The notes beneath the pieces were generated by a model. That model was not told where the DNA came from. It ran no database searches and saw only the letters and a program-made list of their open reading frames with translations. Shown piece after piece: positions 29,618 to 38,389 of a stretch of DNA of 53,563 nucleotides. A program made the position numbers and the translations under genes. Position 1 is the stretch's first letter. Every line of letters starts with the position of its first letter. Source of the DNA: a virus (Duplodnaviria > Caudoviricetes); the IMG/VR virus record IMGVR_UViG_3300006128_000015, positions 1-53,563 of that record; one strand, given 5' to 3'.

Positions 29618-30048
29618 TTCACTTCTCCTACTTGTTTAAGCCAAGCCCCCGCATCAAAACTGGGGCAGGCTTTCTGTACTCCCGGCCAATCGTGATGTCC
29701 AAGGATAATAATACCGGGGTATCTTTCCTTGTATATCTTAACAATCTCTAGAAGTGAAGCCTTCTGGGCGTCTGTGCGCGTGTCTTTGGGGGTCTTGTTG
29801 TCCTTGCAGACACCGCCTACGTAACATACACCAATATTGCCGGTATTATGACCACCCACATGAGCACCAAGCTGGTCGTCTTTAAGCGTCTGATGTTTTG
29901 ATCCATCGAGTTCTACTACCCAGTGGTAAGATGTCTGGCCGAATTTGGCCTTGTCCCAAGCACAAAGCTGCTCCGCAGTAACGAACCGCCCCTCGGGAGT
30001 GGCTGCACAATGAATGGTAAGGTGCGTTATAGGGCCAAGCTGTGCCAT
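29614..30048 (-). CDS. endolysin, N-acetylmuramoyl-L-alanine amidase (T7 lysozyme-like)
   Basis: TIHCAAT, SYHW, GAHVGGHN..NIGVCYVGG, GHHD, KACPSFD; likely start is ATG 30048 (TAATG overlap). Confidence 0.92.
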   Translation of the reverse strand: MAQLGPITHLTIHCAATPEGRFVTAEQLCAWDKAKFGQTSYHWVVELDGSKHQTLKDDQLGAHVGGHNTGNIGVCYVGGVCKDNKTPKDTRTDAQKASLLEIVKIYKERYPGIIILGHHDWPGVQKACPSFDAGAWLKQVGEVK

Positions 30049-30377
30049 TACTGACTCCAAGGCAACGGGGGTGTTACTACAGGCGGCGCGGAAATAGCAG
30101 CAAGCTGCGTGTCCACATTCCCCTCGCACTGCGCCACACCGTCGGGGTCGAGGGATTCCTGCACCCATCCGGTCACTCGATCCTGCGTCAATTCTGCGTA
30201 CGGGATATACGGCTCTGCGGGATCAAGGGTGACTTGAGTGTTGCCGCTGGTGCTGCAAGTATTCACCCCGTCTGTCCCAGACAGCATCCAATAGACCGCA
30301 AACACGACATCGGCGTAGCTATCCTGCGTGGGGTAGCAGTCCATCCGAGTGATCGTCCAAGTGTAAGTGTTTGCCAT
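30048..30377 (-). CDS. tail fibre-associated small acidic protein
   Basis: YTWTI...VV..VYW...IPYAELT...V.GWV...LPW; follows the fibre genes. Confidence 0.7.
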   Translation of the reverse strand: MANTYTWTITRMDCYPTQDSYADVVFAVYWMLSGTDGVNTCSTSGNTQVTLDPAEPYIPYAELTQDRVTGWVQESLDPDGVAQCEGNVDTQLAAISAPPVVTPPLPWSQ

Positions 30378-30386
30378 TGGTAGCCC

Positions 30387-31004
30387 TTAGAACATGAGAA
30401 GCATTGCGCTAGTCGCTGGTTGCTGTTTGAATGAAAATGCTACAGCACCCAGATTATTGCCGCCACTGAATGTAGCCGTTCTAGCCGTTGTTGTGCTTGC
30501 TGTGGCTTGGTTTTCATCGACAATTAGCAGCCCGCCGCCGGTTCCCGCGACAGCCGCCTGATTGATGCGTGTCGTAGTGCTGGCCGGGGCGGTGATTGTG
30601 GTATTAACGGATGCAGAGCAACCATACACCGAAATGACAAGATCATTTGCCGCCGTGGTCGTTTGGGTGTTTGTCGCAATCGAAGTGGCCGAGGCGCTGG
30701 CGTAAGTCGCGGAGGTATCTATGCCGTAGATGCCGCGATAGCACAGCATGACTGATCGTGCGGTAGCAGACCCACCGGCCAGCGTTACAGATGATTCACT
30801 GGCCCCAGCGAACTTATAGAACGCATACGCGTAGTTACCCGCCGAGATAGCAGTCCAGCCAGTCGGTGTGGATGTTAATGCACTGCTGCTTTCTAGACAG
30901 ATGACCAAAAGATCGCCCGCAGCGTATCCGGCAGGGACAGGAACTGTAGCACTAGCACCAGTCTGAATAGCGCCCGCTGCAATGTATGACCAGTTCTGCG
31001 CCAT
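30387..31004 (-). CDS. putative tail fibre / receptor-binding accessory protein
   Basis: Ser/Thr/Ala-rich beta protein; AGDLLV, PTGWT. Confidence 0.65.
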   Translation of the reverse strand: MAQNWSYIAAGAIQTGASATVPVPAGYAAGDLLVICLESSSALTSTPTGWTAISAGNYAYAFYKFAGASESSVTLAGGSATARSVMLCYRGIYGIDTSATYASASATSIATNTQTTTAANDLVISVYGCSASVNTTITAPASTTTRINQAAVAGTGGGLLIVDENQATASTTTARTATFSGGNNLGAVAFSFKQQPATSAMLLMF

Positions 31005-31005
31005 A

Positions 31006-32580
31006 TTACTGCTGCGCCACGGCTACAACGTCCCAGAAGCTATCCTGAGAGTTGTAGATGCACCCGACATATAGAACCTTAGAGATAACCGTTGTTGCGG
31101 GAAGCGTTACGCCCACAGCGCGATAAGCGCCCGAAGTGGTCGTCCAAGTCAACGCTTGTGCCGTGCCGTTGTCCTTGAAGCGGAGCATCAGTTTTTGACC
31201 GTCCACCGGAGTGCCGCTTGGGGCCGCGATAGTGGCAGTGGCAGCAAGGGCCGTCACGGTGTATTGGTTAGTCGTACCCGCAGTCGGCGTGATCGTGCTG
31301 CCCGAGGTGGTAGATGCACTAAGACCCTGCACCGATCCGTTGATGGTGACGACACCGGGGGCCGCAGTGGAGCCGATAGCAATGGCCGTGGTTGAGCCGC
31401 TTAGGCCGCCCGTGCCGATGTTGACGGTTTTGGTATTGCCGGAGGTGGTTGCTGAGGTTGAATAATTCGCAGTGGTAGCCCCATTCGGGCCTGTGATATT
31501 AATAACACCTGTTGCGTTGAAAGTACCGCCGCTTACTGTTAATGCGCCGAGCAGCGCGTTATCTGCGCCGATTGCGTAAAGATTGCCCGACCCACTTACA
31601 TTTGTGCCTCTAGCCGGGTTTTTGAAATATGTACCATAAATGTTAGTGACGGTAATAGCATTCGTTGCAGCATAAGTCTCTGTATCAAACAAGTTCATGT
31701 AGGCGGTTGTTACGGTGCCAGATGCTACGGTGCTATTGTCTGTGAATGTTGCCGCAGACTGGATCAGACCGACGCCATTGGTAGACCAAGCCGCAAGCGT
31801 AGCGCCGATGGGTGCGAAAGTAATGCGCCCGTTTACCGTGGTGGTTTGGGTCGCGCCTGATACGGACGATCCGATAGTGATGGCTGTCGTGGAGCCGCTT
31901 AGACCGCCCGTACCGATGTTGACGGTTTTGGTTGAGCCGGAGGTGGTTGCGGCGGCTGAATAGTTATCGGCATGGGTGGAGGTCAGCGTTCCGAGGTTGA
32001 CACTATCAGCACCCAAGGCATATTTGGTCGTTGCCGTGACATTCGTGCCCGCAGTCGGCGCTGTAAAATACGTCCCATAAAGGTTTGTGACCGTAACGCT
32101 GGTATTTGTCGCGGCGTAAGTCTGCGCGCCAAACAAGTTCATGTAGGCGGTCGTCACCGTGCCTGATGCGGCGGTGCTGGTGTCGGTATATGTCGTGGCG
32201 CTCTGGATCAAGCCAACGCCGTTGGTCGTCCACGCCGCCGCAGAGGTTGCCGTGCCGCCGAACGTGGCGGCATCCTTGGAGATTTGTTTCTCGGCGGGGT
32301 AAGTGCAGAACACCGTAGACGTGCCGGACAATGTGATGGCCGCACCGGAATTGCTAGAGGACAGGATCGTTGTGCGCGAAAGCGTGGTGCCGGAAGCGGT
32401 GTAAGTGCCGATCCCGACTTCCCATGCCGAGCCGCTGGTCAGCGTGTAGTAGGTGGTGTTACCGTCACCGATAGCCGCGAAAGATTGAAACCCCGTGGGC
32501 GGGGAGTTGGCAAGTGTGATCGTCCCCGTGCCCGTGGTTGTGGTCGTATCCTGAACGCGGTCAGCAAAGGCAAGAGCCAT
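31006..32580 (-). CDS. tail fibre protein with an internal duplication
   Basis: MAL..ADRV..TTTTTGTGT N-terminus, WEVGIGTY, VFCTYPAEK; two copies of a roughly 130-150 aa unit. Confidence 0.8.
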   Translation of the reverse strand: MALAFADRVQDTTTTTGTGTITLANSPPTGFQSFAAIGDGNTTYYTLTSGSAWEVGIGTYTASGTTLSRTTILSSSNSGAAITLSGTSTVFCTYPAEKQISKDAATFGGTATSAAAWTTNGVGLIQSATTYTDTSTAASGTVTTAYMNLFGAQTYAATNTSVTVTNLYGTYFTAPTAGTNVTATTKYALGADSVNLGTLTSTHADNYSAAATTSGSTKTVNIGTGGLSGSTTAITIGSSVSGATQTTTVNGRITFAPIGATLAAWSTNGVGLIQSAATFTDNSTVASGTVTTAYMNLFDTETYAATNAITVTNIYGTYFKNPARGTNVSGSGNLYAIGADNALLGALTVSGGTFNATGVINITGPNGATTANYSTSATTSGNTKTVNIGTGGLSGSTTAIAIGSTAAPGVVTINGSVQGLSASTTSGSTITPTAGTTNQYTVTALAATATIAAPSGTPVDGQKLMLRFKDNGTAQALTWTTTSGAYRAVGVTLPATTVISKVLYVGCIYNSQDSFWDVVAVAQQ

Positions 32581-33062
32581 TATGCAATCCTAATAATGGC
32601 AGTCGTATTCGTAGCCGACGGGAATATCACCGTAAAGTTACCATTAGTCGCGGTCGTATCAGCACCGAAATCCAACACGCACACCGCAGAATTGGTAAGG
32701 GTGGTGTTAGCATTGCTGTTGGCCTTCGGAGTGCTATTGTAGATCATAGCCCCACGCGCCGTCAGGGTGACGTTAGCAAAAGTCAGGTTGCTGAAGTTAG
32801 TAAACCCAGTACCCGCCGACGAGGAAGTGTTAACCGCAGTCACGCCAAGATTGGTTAGGGCCGCGCCACCTGCCGTGTAGTTTGTACCAGTAGCTTCACC
32901 AGTGGCCGTGTAAGCCGTAGCGTTAGCGTCAATCGTGGACGACGACGTGTACAAAGCCATCTTGAAAGTGCTGGCGCCCGTCTGGCCAGTAGGGCGGAAG
33001 TCGTGCACGGCGAGCATTACCTCGCCTTTGAAGCTGGTGCACATTGCTTGCGTCAGAGCCAT
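32580..33062 (-). CDS. conserved virion structural protein
   Basis: MALTQAMCTSFK...FKMALYT...NYTAGG...ARGAMIYN...VLDFG. Confidence 0.75.
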   Translation of the reverse strand: MALTQAMCTSFKGEVMLAVHDFRPTGQTGASTFKMALYTSSSTIDANATAYTATGEATGTNYTAGGAALTNLGVTAVNTSSSAGTGFTNFSNLTFANVTLTARGAMIYNSTPKANSNANTTLTNSAVCVLDFGADTTATNGNFTVIFPSATNTTAIIRIA

Positions 33063-33063
33063 A

Positions 33064-33492
33064 TTAACCGTTCCTTCTTAAGTAATCCGCCGCCTTAAGA
33101 ACGGCTTCCAAGGTATCACCGAGCATACCGAGCCCACGATTACACTTATCGCATAGAAGCCCGCGCACTTTGCTTGTATCATGGCAATGGTCTACTGAGA
33201 AGTGCTTAGTACGTGTACCCAGAGTATCTGTGCCACAAACAGCACACGCGCCACCTTGCTGTTCTAACATTTGGGTATAGTCTTCGACAGTAATTCCGTA
33301 CCGGCGCTTAAAGTTCGTTCGGCGGTCCTTCTCCTGCGCCTTTACTTTGTTGTTTGCCCGCCACTTCCTAGCGTACGAGTTCATACATGGTTTGCAATAG
33401 GGGTGGCCGTTTGTGTGCCTTCTCGACGGCGGATTACCAAAACTATCCAAGGGTTTCAGCTCTCGACAGCTTTTGCACTCCTTTAGCTCCAC
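33064..33492 (-). CDS. endonuclease VII-type (His-Me finger) endonuclease, probably homing
   Basis: YGIT..DY..ML..Q...CAVC...VDHCH...VRGLLCDKCN.GLG; N-terminal CxxC pairs. Confidence 0.88.
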   Translation of the reverse strand: MELKECKSCRELKPLDSFGNPPSRRHTNGHPYCKPCMNSYARKWRANNKVKAQEKDRRTNFKRRYGITVEDYTQMLEQQGGACAVCGTDTLGTRTKHFSVDHCHDTSKVRGLLCDKCNRGLGMLGDTLEAVLKAADYLRRNG

Positions 33493-33494
33493 AA

Positions 33495-33782
33495 CTAGGC
33501 ATCCAGTATCGGAATGAGCTCAGGGTGCCCTAGTCGGTGAAACTTGTTTACCAGCGTCACATTACGTGAGTTTACGGCCTCATGTAGGGCACCCACCAGC
33601 ACCTGTCGGATACTGTCCTTGAAGGCTTCTACTTGGTCGCGGATGGCCGGGTGAGCATTGCTACCCACGAAGATTATCTTATCCAGCGCCATCTCTGCGA
33701 TCTCCTCGGGCGTATACCCGCGTTCGCTAGTGGTTCTAACGGTAACAGTCCCGCCTGTAATAGAGGCAATGCTATCTAACAT
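33495..33782 (-). CDS. conserved hypothetical protein
   Basis: V.TT..RG.TPEEIAE.A.DKII...HP.IRDQ..AFK. Confidence 0.75.
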   Translation of the reverse strand: MLDSIASITGGTVTVRTTSERGYTPEEIAEMALDKIIFVGSNAHPAIRDQVEAFKDSIRQVLVGALHEAVNSRNVTLVNKFHRLGHPELIPILDA

Positions 33783-33797
33783 ACGTTCCCTTTGCGC

Positions 33798-34460
33798 TTA
33801 CTTCACCGGATATCTAACCTGAGGCGTCCTGTAATTATCCTCGCGGTTCTTACCCTCAGCGTATTCCTTAAGGAGTGCAAGAGCTTCGTCATACCGCTTC
33901 TGATACTGAGCAATAACGTCTGCTTCACCCTTCATATAGGTATACGCTTCCAGTAGCGAACCATAGAGCAGCACTGAGTCAAAATTGTTACCGAGCCACG
34001 AGGTATTGGAAACCGTGATTGACGGCGGGTAGTAGAAGTAATGTAGCTCCATCTGATAGGCTTGGTCCGGTGTGGGGCCTAGAAGGTATGAGTTCTGGTC
34101 GAACATGGCGTAGTGTGTCGGGGTACCCGACGAGTTGGGGTAAGGGAATGCCTCACGGATGAAGCTGACATCCTTGTTAAGTAAATAACTATAAGCCCCC
34201 GTAGTGGGATCAATTACCGCCAACGAGAAATTGGCTAGCCAGTCCGAAGGGACGGCAAGGTATTTATTAGACCCCGTCGTGCTGCCAGTTACATTCTTGC
34301 GGAGTTCCAGCAGCTGAACGGAGTTGAAAATACGCTGCTCAGCTTCCATAATGAACGTATTGATCTGTTGCGTAGTCGTAAGCCCACCCGAACCTGTGTT
34401 GGCTGGGAAAGAGTTTTCTGTGTACGCAACAATCGTCTCAACGAGCGTAGGGTAGTCCAT
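33798..34460 (-). CDS. head-tail adaptor / tail tubular A-like protein
   Basis: FI..AEQRI, LGPTPD..Y..ELHY, LLYGSLLEA; synteny. Confidence 0.7.
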   Translation of the reverse strand: MDYPTLVETIVAYTENSFPANTGSGGLTTTQQINTFIMEAEQRIFNSVQLLELRKNVTGSTTGSNKYLAVPSDWLANFSLAVIDPTTGAYSYLLNKDVSFIREAFPYPNSSGTPTHYAMFDQNSYLLGPTPDQAYQMELHYFYYPPSITVSNTSWLGNNFDSVLLYGSLLEAYTYMKGEADVIAQYQKRYDEALALLKEYAEGKNREDNYRTPQVRYPVK

Positions 34461-34465
34461 ACCAA

Positions 34466-34669
34466 TTAGCCCATCTTGGTGCTATGTTTATTACCCTTGG
34501 TAGCCGCACCAGTTCCGCGCGTCTTTACCGTCTGAGTGCTAGCTACGTTGTTGGGGTAGCCATTGTTACCGAGGTCGGTGTTTTTGCCGCCAGAGGCGGA
34601 ATGGGGCTTGGCGTAGACGCTGGCAGCACCAACTTCTTTACCGCCCATTTTTTTGCTAAACTTAACCAT
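34466..34669 (-). CDS. small basic protein
   Basis: Lys/Gly-rich; TRGTGAATKG. Confidence 0.7.
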   Translation of the reverse strand: MVKFSKKMGGKEVGAASVYAKPHSASGGKNTDLGNNGYPNNVASTQTVKTRGTGAATKGNKHSTKMG

Positions 34670-34790
34670 TCTTGTTCACCTTGGTTTCGTTAACCTTGAC
34701 CTTCTTGACTTCACTCTTTTGATTGGCAATCTTAGCAAGATTACGCCCCAGCTTCCTCAGCTGCTCGTTAGTTTTACCACCCTTAGCCAT
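34662..34790 (-). CDS. small basic protein (42 aa)
   Basis: Not in the track. Reads MAKGGKTNEQLRKLGRNLAKIANQK...; AAGGAG RBS. Confidence 0.7.
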   Translation of the reverse strand: MAKGGKTNEQLRKLGRNLAKIANQKSEVKKVKVNETKVNKNG

Positions 34791-34800
34791 GACTTACTCC

Positions 34801-35190
34801 TTAACTAATCTGCACTGTTGCAACGCCGATCTGTCCACCCGCTTGTAGCGCATTTTCGAGCCCGGATAAACCCAGAGGATTATTAAGCCCTACTGGATTC
34901 CAACCCCATTGAATCACTCTACTACCTTCGCTCGGGTTTCCGTTGATGTTCAGACCCGCTTGGTAGTAGCTATGATCCCCGCGCGGGTTACGGATAGCTT
35001 GTGGGTCATCAACTGGGTACATGCCAAGTTGCAACTGCGGATGGTCCGGGTTCCAGCATTCGGGGCAAGCGAGAGTATTTACGTTTTTGGTTTTAATGAC
35101 GAGCTGTTTCAGCTCCTTGAGTTTATATCGCTCACCGCAAATATCGCATTCTGAGATTGCCCACTTACCAGAGGCAAACCGATTAGGCAT
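34801..35190 (-). CDS. conserved Zn-ribbon protein
   Basis: CDICG...CPECWNPDHPQL. Confidence 0.75.
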   Translation of the reverse strand: MPNRFASGKWAISECDICGERYKLKELKQLVIKTKNVNTLACPECWNPDHPQLQLGMYPVDDPQAIRNPRGDHSYYQAGLNINGNPSEGSRVIQWGWNPVGLNNPLGLSGLENALQAGGQIGVATVQIS

Positions 35191-35674
35191 CTGCCTTCTC
35201 CTTCGCGGGCTTAGCCTCAGTCTTCATAGAGGCCCGAATAGCCCGCAGCTCATATGCAATATCCACACGCCGCCCCTGTACTTCCTCGGGTATGGGGTTG
35301 CTGGGGCCGCCATACTTACGCCCATCTGGACTCGTCAGCGGATACTGCAAAGCTACATTGATTTGCTCGCGCTTGACCACGGTGTAATCTTTAATAGCGG
35401 CTAGAAACTCCGCCGCCTCGCGGTTACGCGTAACCCATGTGTACTGTACGGCCCAGCGTCTGCCGTTGGGCGTGCGGCAGTCGGATGTTTTTATTGCGCC
35501 TCCAAACCGCTTCAGGAACAGTTCCAAACACGGCAAGCTAGTCTGCGTTACCGTTGCGTGAAGCGAAGTCCTAAATCCGTGCCTACACTTCTTCTCCTTG
35601 GAAATCTCTACGATAACACACCCTTCACCGTCGAAGAATCCCGCAGCCCAAGCTAGAAACAGTTCATCCCGCAT
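35183..35674 (-). CDS. single-motif LAGLIDADG homing endonuclease, free-standing
   Basis: LAWAAGFFDGEGC, VTQT, FGG.I, Y.VVK..Q. Confidence 0.88.
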   Translation of the reverse strand: MRDELFLAWAAGFFDGEGCVIVEISKEKKCRHGFRTSLHATVTQTSLPCLELFLKRFGGAIKTSDCRTPNGRRWAVQYTWVTRNREAAEFLAAIKDYTVVKREQINVALQYPLTSPDGRKYGGPSNPIPEEVQGRRVDIAYELRAIRASMKTEAKPAKEKADA

Positions 35675-35677
35675 ATA

Positions 35678-36385
35678 TCACCTAAAGTACTGGCGCGGGG
35701 CAATCCGCAGCGCAGCTTTCTCTCGGTCCTCGTCAGCGGCCAACTGCCACTGCTCGTCGTACATCTGCTTGAGCATCGGGATACGCTGCATAGCATCGGG
35801 AAGTTTTACTGATAAATGGTACGCAAGACCCGCGATCATGGCCGGAAGGAAGCGGAAGGGGATATCCTCGGTCTCAACACCGCTACCAGCATCCTGAATG
35901 CGGCGCAGCCGCCAGTAGACAAAGGTATAATAGTTGCTCTGATCTGGTGCGGGCCACACATTGATTGTTGGGTTCTGAATACCCGTAGGCGTAGTGGCGC
36001 CAGATTGTCGGTTAATCCACACCTGAATAGGGCGCCCCTGCGCGTTCTTGTTAGGGATCGTCGAGTAGGTATCGACACTGATACGAGTGATATTAATATC
36101 CGTCTGCTGCACACCAGTCTGAGTGCGAATCACATGCTCGGCAAGATCAATAGTGTCCACCGGGAGCGTGTAAGTAATCTGCCCCTGCACCATAGGGATC
36201 GAGCCCTGCTCGATAGTCCAGAGATTAATACCCTTATTGGCCCACTCTACAGTAAGCAGGTTCAGGCTGCGCCGCGCAGTGCGAAGATCATAACCAGTGC
36301 GAACCTCGGCACCGCAACGCTCGAAGGCTTCCTCAACAATATCGTTGAGGTTCATATTGAACGCAGAGGTACCAGTAGTCGTCAT
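35678..36385 (-). CDS. head-tail connector / adaptor-like protein
   Basis: IVEEAFERCG, ARRSLNLL..EWAN.G.NLWT, GRP.Q, VWPAPD, IPFRF. Confidence 0.7.
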   Translation of the reverse strand: MTTTGTSAFNMNLNDIVEEAFERCGAEVRTGYDLRTARRSLNLLTVEWANKGINLWTIEQGSIPMVQGQITYTLPVDTIDLAEHVIRTQTGVQQTDINITRISVDTYSTIPNKNAQGRPIQVWINRQSGATTPTGIQNPTINVWPAPDQSNYYTFVYWRLRRIQDAGSGVETEDIPFRFLPAMIAGLAYHLSVKLPDAMQRIPMLKQMYDEQWQLAADEDREKAALRIAPRQYFR

Positions 36386-36864
36386 TTAGCTGGACCTTGT
36401 GGAAGTGCAGCAAGGCCGCCGACTGGGGCGGAAGTCTGGCCCGGTACCCCGCTCATAATCATTTGCCCCAACTGCTGGTTAGTAGCGTTCAGGGGGGTAC
36501 CGCCGCCCATACCAATATTAGCGGTGGCAGGATTAGGGTGGACCTGACCATACGGCGAATTAATAACTTGTCCGGCGGGTACCGGGCCACCAAGCGGGCT
36601 CATCTGGCCCGGAGGCGCATAGCCCGGAGGCACCATGCCTTGCCACCCCTGAGGAAGCTGTTGCGGTTGTCCCGGCTGCATCTGACCCCAATGGTGACGC
36701 TGAGCATCCTGATCCATACCCGGATGGTGCATAAAGCCCTGCGGCCCCTGCCCCGGAGTCGGACCGCCCATAGTATACCCGGGGGGTACCATACCCTGCC
36801 AATTAGAAGGAAGCGGTTGTCCCGACCCTTGGGCCTGACCGCCAGCGCCACCACCACCGCTCAT
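36382..36864 (-). CDS. Gly/Pro/Gln/Met-rich low-complexity protein
   Basis: Coupled to both neighbours by ATGA overlaps; LP..WQGMVPPGY occurs twice. Confidence 0.7.
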   Translation of the reverse strand: MSGGGGAGGQAQGSGQPLPSNWQGMVPPGYTMGGPTPGQGPQGFMHHPGMDQDAQRHHWGQMQPGQPQQLPQGWQGMVPPGYAPPGQMSPLGGPVPAGQVINSPYGQVHPNPATANIGMGGGTPLNATNQQLGQMIMSGVPGQTSAPVGGLAALPQGPAK

Positions 36865-37376
36865 TTCTTCTTCCTTACACCAGAGAGGACCTGCGCGAAC
36901 CGTGCGCGCTGGCCGAGTTTACCGGGCTTCTTAGCCGCAGCAGCAATCTTGCTCGCCGGGATTTTCTCGCCCTTGGGAACACCGAGCTGTGCGTGAAGGG
37001 CACCGGGCTTCTTGATAGCCTTCTTGATGTTCAGCTTGGCCTTACCACCCTTAGCATACTCGGACACCTTGTCGGGGCTATCCTTGCGGGTGATGGTCTT
37101 GCCCTTGGGCATCTTTGAGGGGGACATATCCCCCATACCACGACTCGGTCTCACGGTCTTCCCCTTAGCTTCGCCGCCCTTCTTGAGACCGGCATCTTTC
37201 GGCAACTTCTGCCCTACAATGTTAGTAGTGTGCGCGCGGTTTACGTACCGCTCCTCGCGGCCCTTCATAGGGGAGTTAATCGAACGCGGGAGACGCTCGC
37301 CTCCAATTTTCCCCGCACGGGGCATCACCTCAGTGCGTTCGACGCTTTCGTCGTTGGGATTATTGGAGGCGGCCAT
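36861..37376 (-). CDS. basic Lys-rich protein
   Basis: YAKGG; IKKAIKKPGALH..LGV..G.KIP...GKLGQRAR. Confidence 0.75.
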   Translation of the reverse strand: MAASNNPNDESVERTEVMPRAGKIGGERLPRSINSPMKGREERYVNRAHTTNIVGQKLPKDAGLKKGGEAKGKTVRPSRGMGDMSPSKMPKGKTITRKDSPDKVSEYAKGGKAKLNIKKAIKKPGALHAQLGVPKGEKIPASKIAAAAKKPGKLGQRARFAQVLSGVRKKK

Positions 37377-37377
37377 C

Positions 37378-37965
37378 TTAGCAAACCTTCGTCTTGGTCT
37401 TACCCTTGGATTCGATACCGCCAGCCGACGTACGGAACACCGAACCGCCCTTGGCGTACTTCTGACCAGGGCCCTTGGTCTCCTTAACAGTCGGGCCGCT
37501 ATCGCTCTTGTTGCCAGTAGTCAGACCGCCCTTGGCGTACTTCTTCATCACGCCGCCCTTCTTCTTACCAGTAGTCAGACCAACCGATTTACCATCGTCG
37601 TCTCGTGCCCCAAGAGCGCGGGTCTTGCCCTTCCTAGCGATGCCGTCATCCGCCTTCTTGTTGGGCAGCAGGCCGCCAGAGGCTTTCCGCATACCACCAC
37701 CGCTGCATGCTTTCTTCACAACCTTACCGCCCTTCTTCATACCCGGAGCACCGCCGGGAGCCCCACCAGACATATCAGGACCAGCGCCACCAGCGGGCGG
37801 AGCAGGAGGAGCACCAGCACCCATAGGGCCCGGGCCACCGGGGCCACCGGGGCCACCAGCACCGCCCAGCGCAGCGCGCATAGCAAGAGCACGACCAAGA
37901 CCGGCAAGGGCCGACTTGGCACCACCCGCCGGTTTACCTTTACCCATCTTCATCGACTTAGCCAT
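37378..37965 (-). CDS. basic Lys/Gly-rich protein with repeated xxGG motifs
   Basis: MKKGG, YAKGG x2, DGIARKGKT. Confidence 0.75.
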   Translation of the reverse strand: MAKSMKMGKGKPAGGAKSALAGLGRALAMRAALGGAGGPGGPGGPGPMGAGAPPAPPAGGAGPDMSGGAPGGAPGMKKGGKVVKKACSGGGMRKASGGLLPNKKADDGIARKGKTRALGARDDDGKSVGLTTGKKKGGVMKKYAKGGLTTGNKSDSGPTVKETKGPGQKYAKGGSVFRTSAGGIESKGKTKTKVC

Positions 37966-38141
37966 TATACTATCTTCCCTTTGGTTTTACCACGTTCAGC
38001 GATACCGTCGGCCCGCTTGGATACGGAACCCCCAGTTTTGAACTTCGTGGGCTTCATGCCCGGATGGTCGTGCTTCTCATGCTTATGGATCATGGAGGCG
38101 ATCATCTTTTTGTCTTCTGCGGCGTCATCGTGCTTAGCCAT
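37965..38141 (-). CDS. small basic protein (58 aa)
   Basis: Start moved to ATG 38141 (MAKHDD); FKTGG.V..RADGIA.RGKTKG. Confidence 0.75.
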   Translation of the reverse strand: MAKHDDAAEDKKMIASMIHKHEKHDHPGMKPTKFKTGGSVSKRADGIAERGKTKGKIV

Positions 38142-38388
38142 TTTTGTTCTTCCCCATATCGTCGATCTTCGTCTCAAGCCGTAGGATGCTAGCATCAATC
38201 CGGTCTACGATCCGATCCAGAGCCGAATTAACTTCCGCACGAGTGACGTGGTCCCGAGCAAACTCCTCACGCGTCCGGTTCACTAGAGTAGTCAATGCGT
38301 CTAGATGGCTTAGCTTACTCTGCACGAGAAAGCCAGTAATAGCCAGAAGGCACATCGTAACAAGGTTCCAAATAGTAGGCATTTCCAT
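38134..38388 (-). CDS. small membrane-anchored coiled-coil protein
   Basis: Hydrophobic N-terminus; NRTREE.A.D.VT..E; RLE.KID. Confidence 0.7.
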   Translation of the reverse strand: MEMPTIWNLVTMCLLAITGFLVQSKLSHLDALTTLVNRTREEFARDHVTRAEVNSALDRIVDRIDASILRLETKIDDMGKNKNG

Positions 38389-38389
38389 G

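Noticed and set aside
29069-30048. Lysis cassette lying inside the tail-fibre region as a novelty
   Set aside because: It is a standard endolysin-holin-spanin set, and its position varies widely among phages.
31006-32580. Fibre repeats as a DGR template/variable repeat pair
   Set aside because: No reverse transcriptase is present, both copies are in-frame coding, and the differences are not adenine-specific.
35183-35674. LAGLIDADG gene inside a group I intron or intein
   Set aside because: The flanking genes appear complete and there is no room for intron core sequence or any intein motif.
37012-38184. 390-aa + strand ORF, and similar long antisense ORFs (16823-17701, 41461-42228, 44970-45965, 45993-46838)
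   Set aside because: These are shadow ORFs opposite well-supported - strand genes, with no recognisable motifs or convincing RBS.
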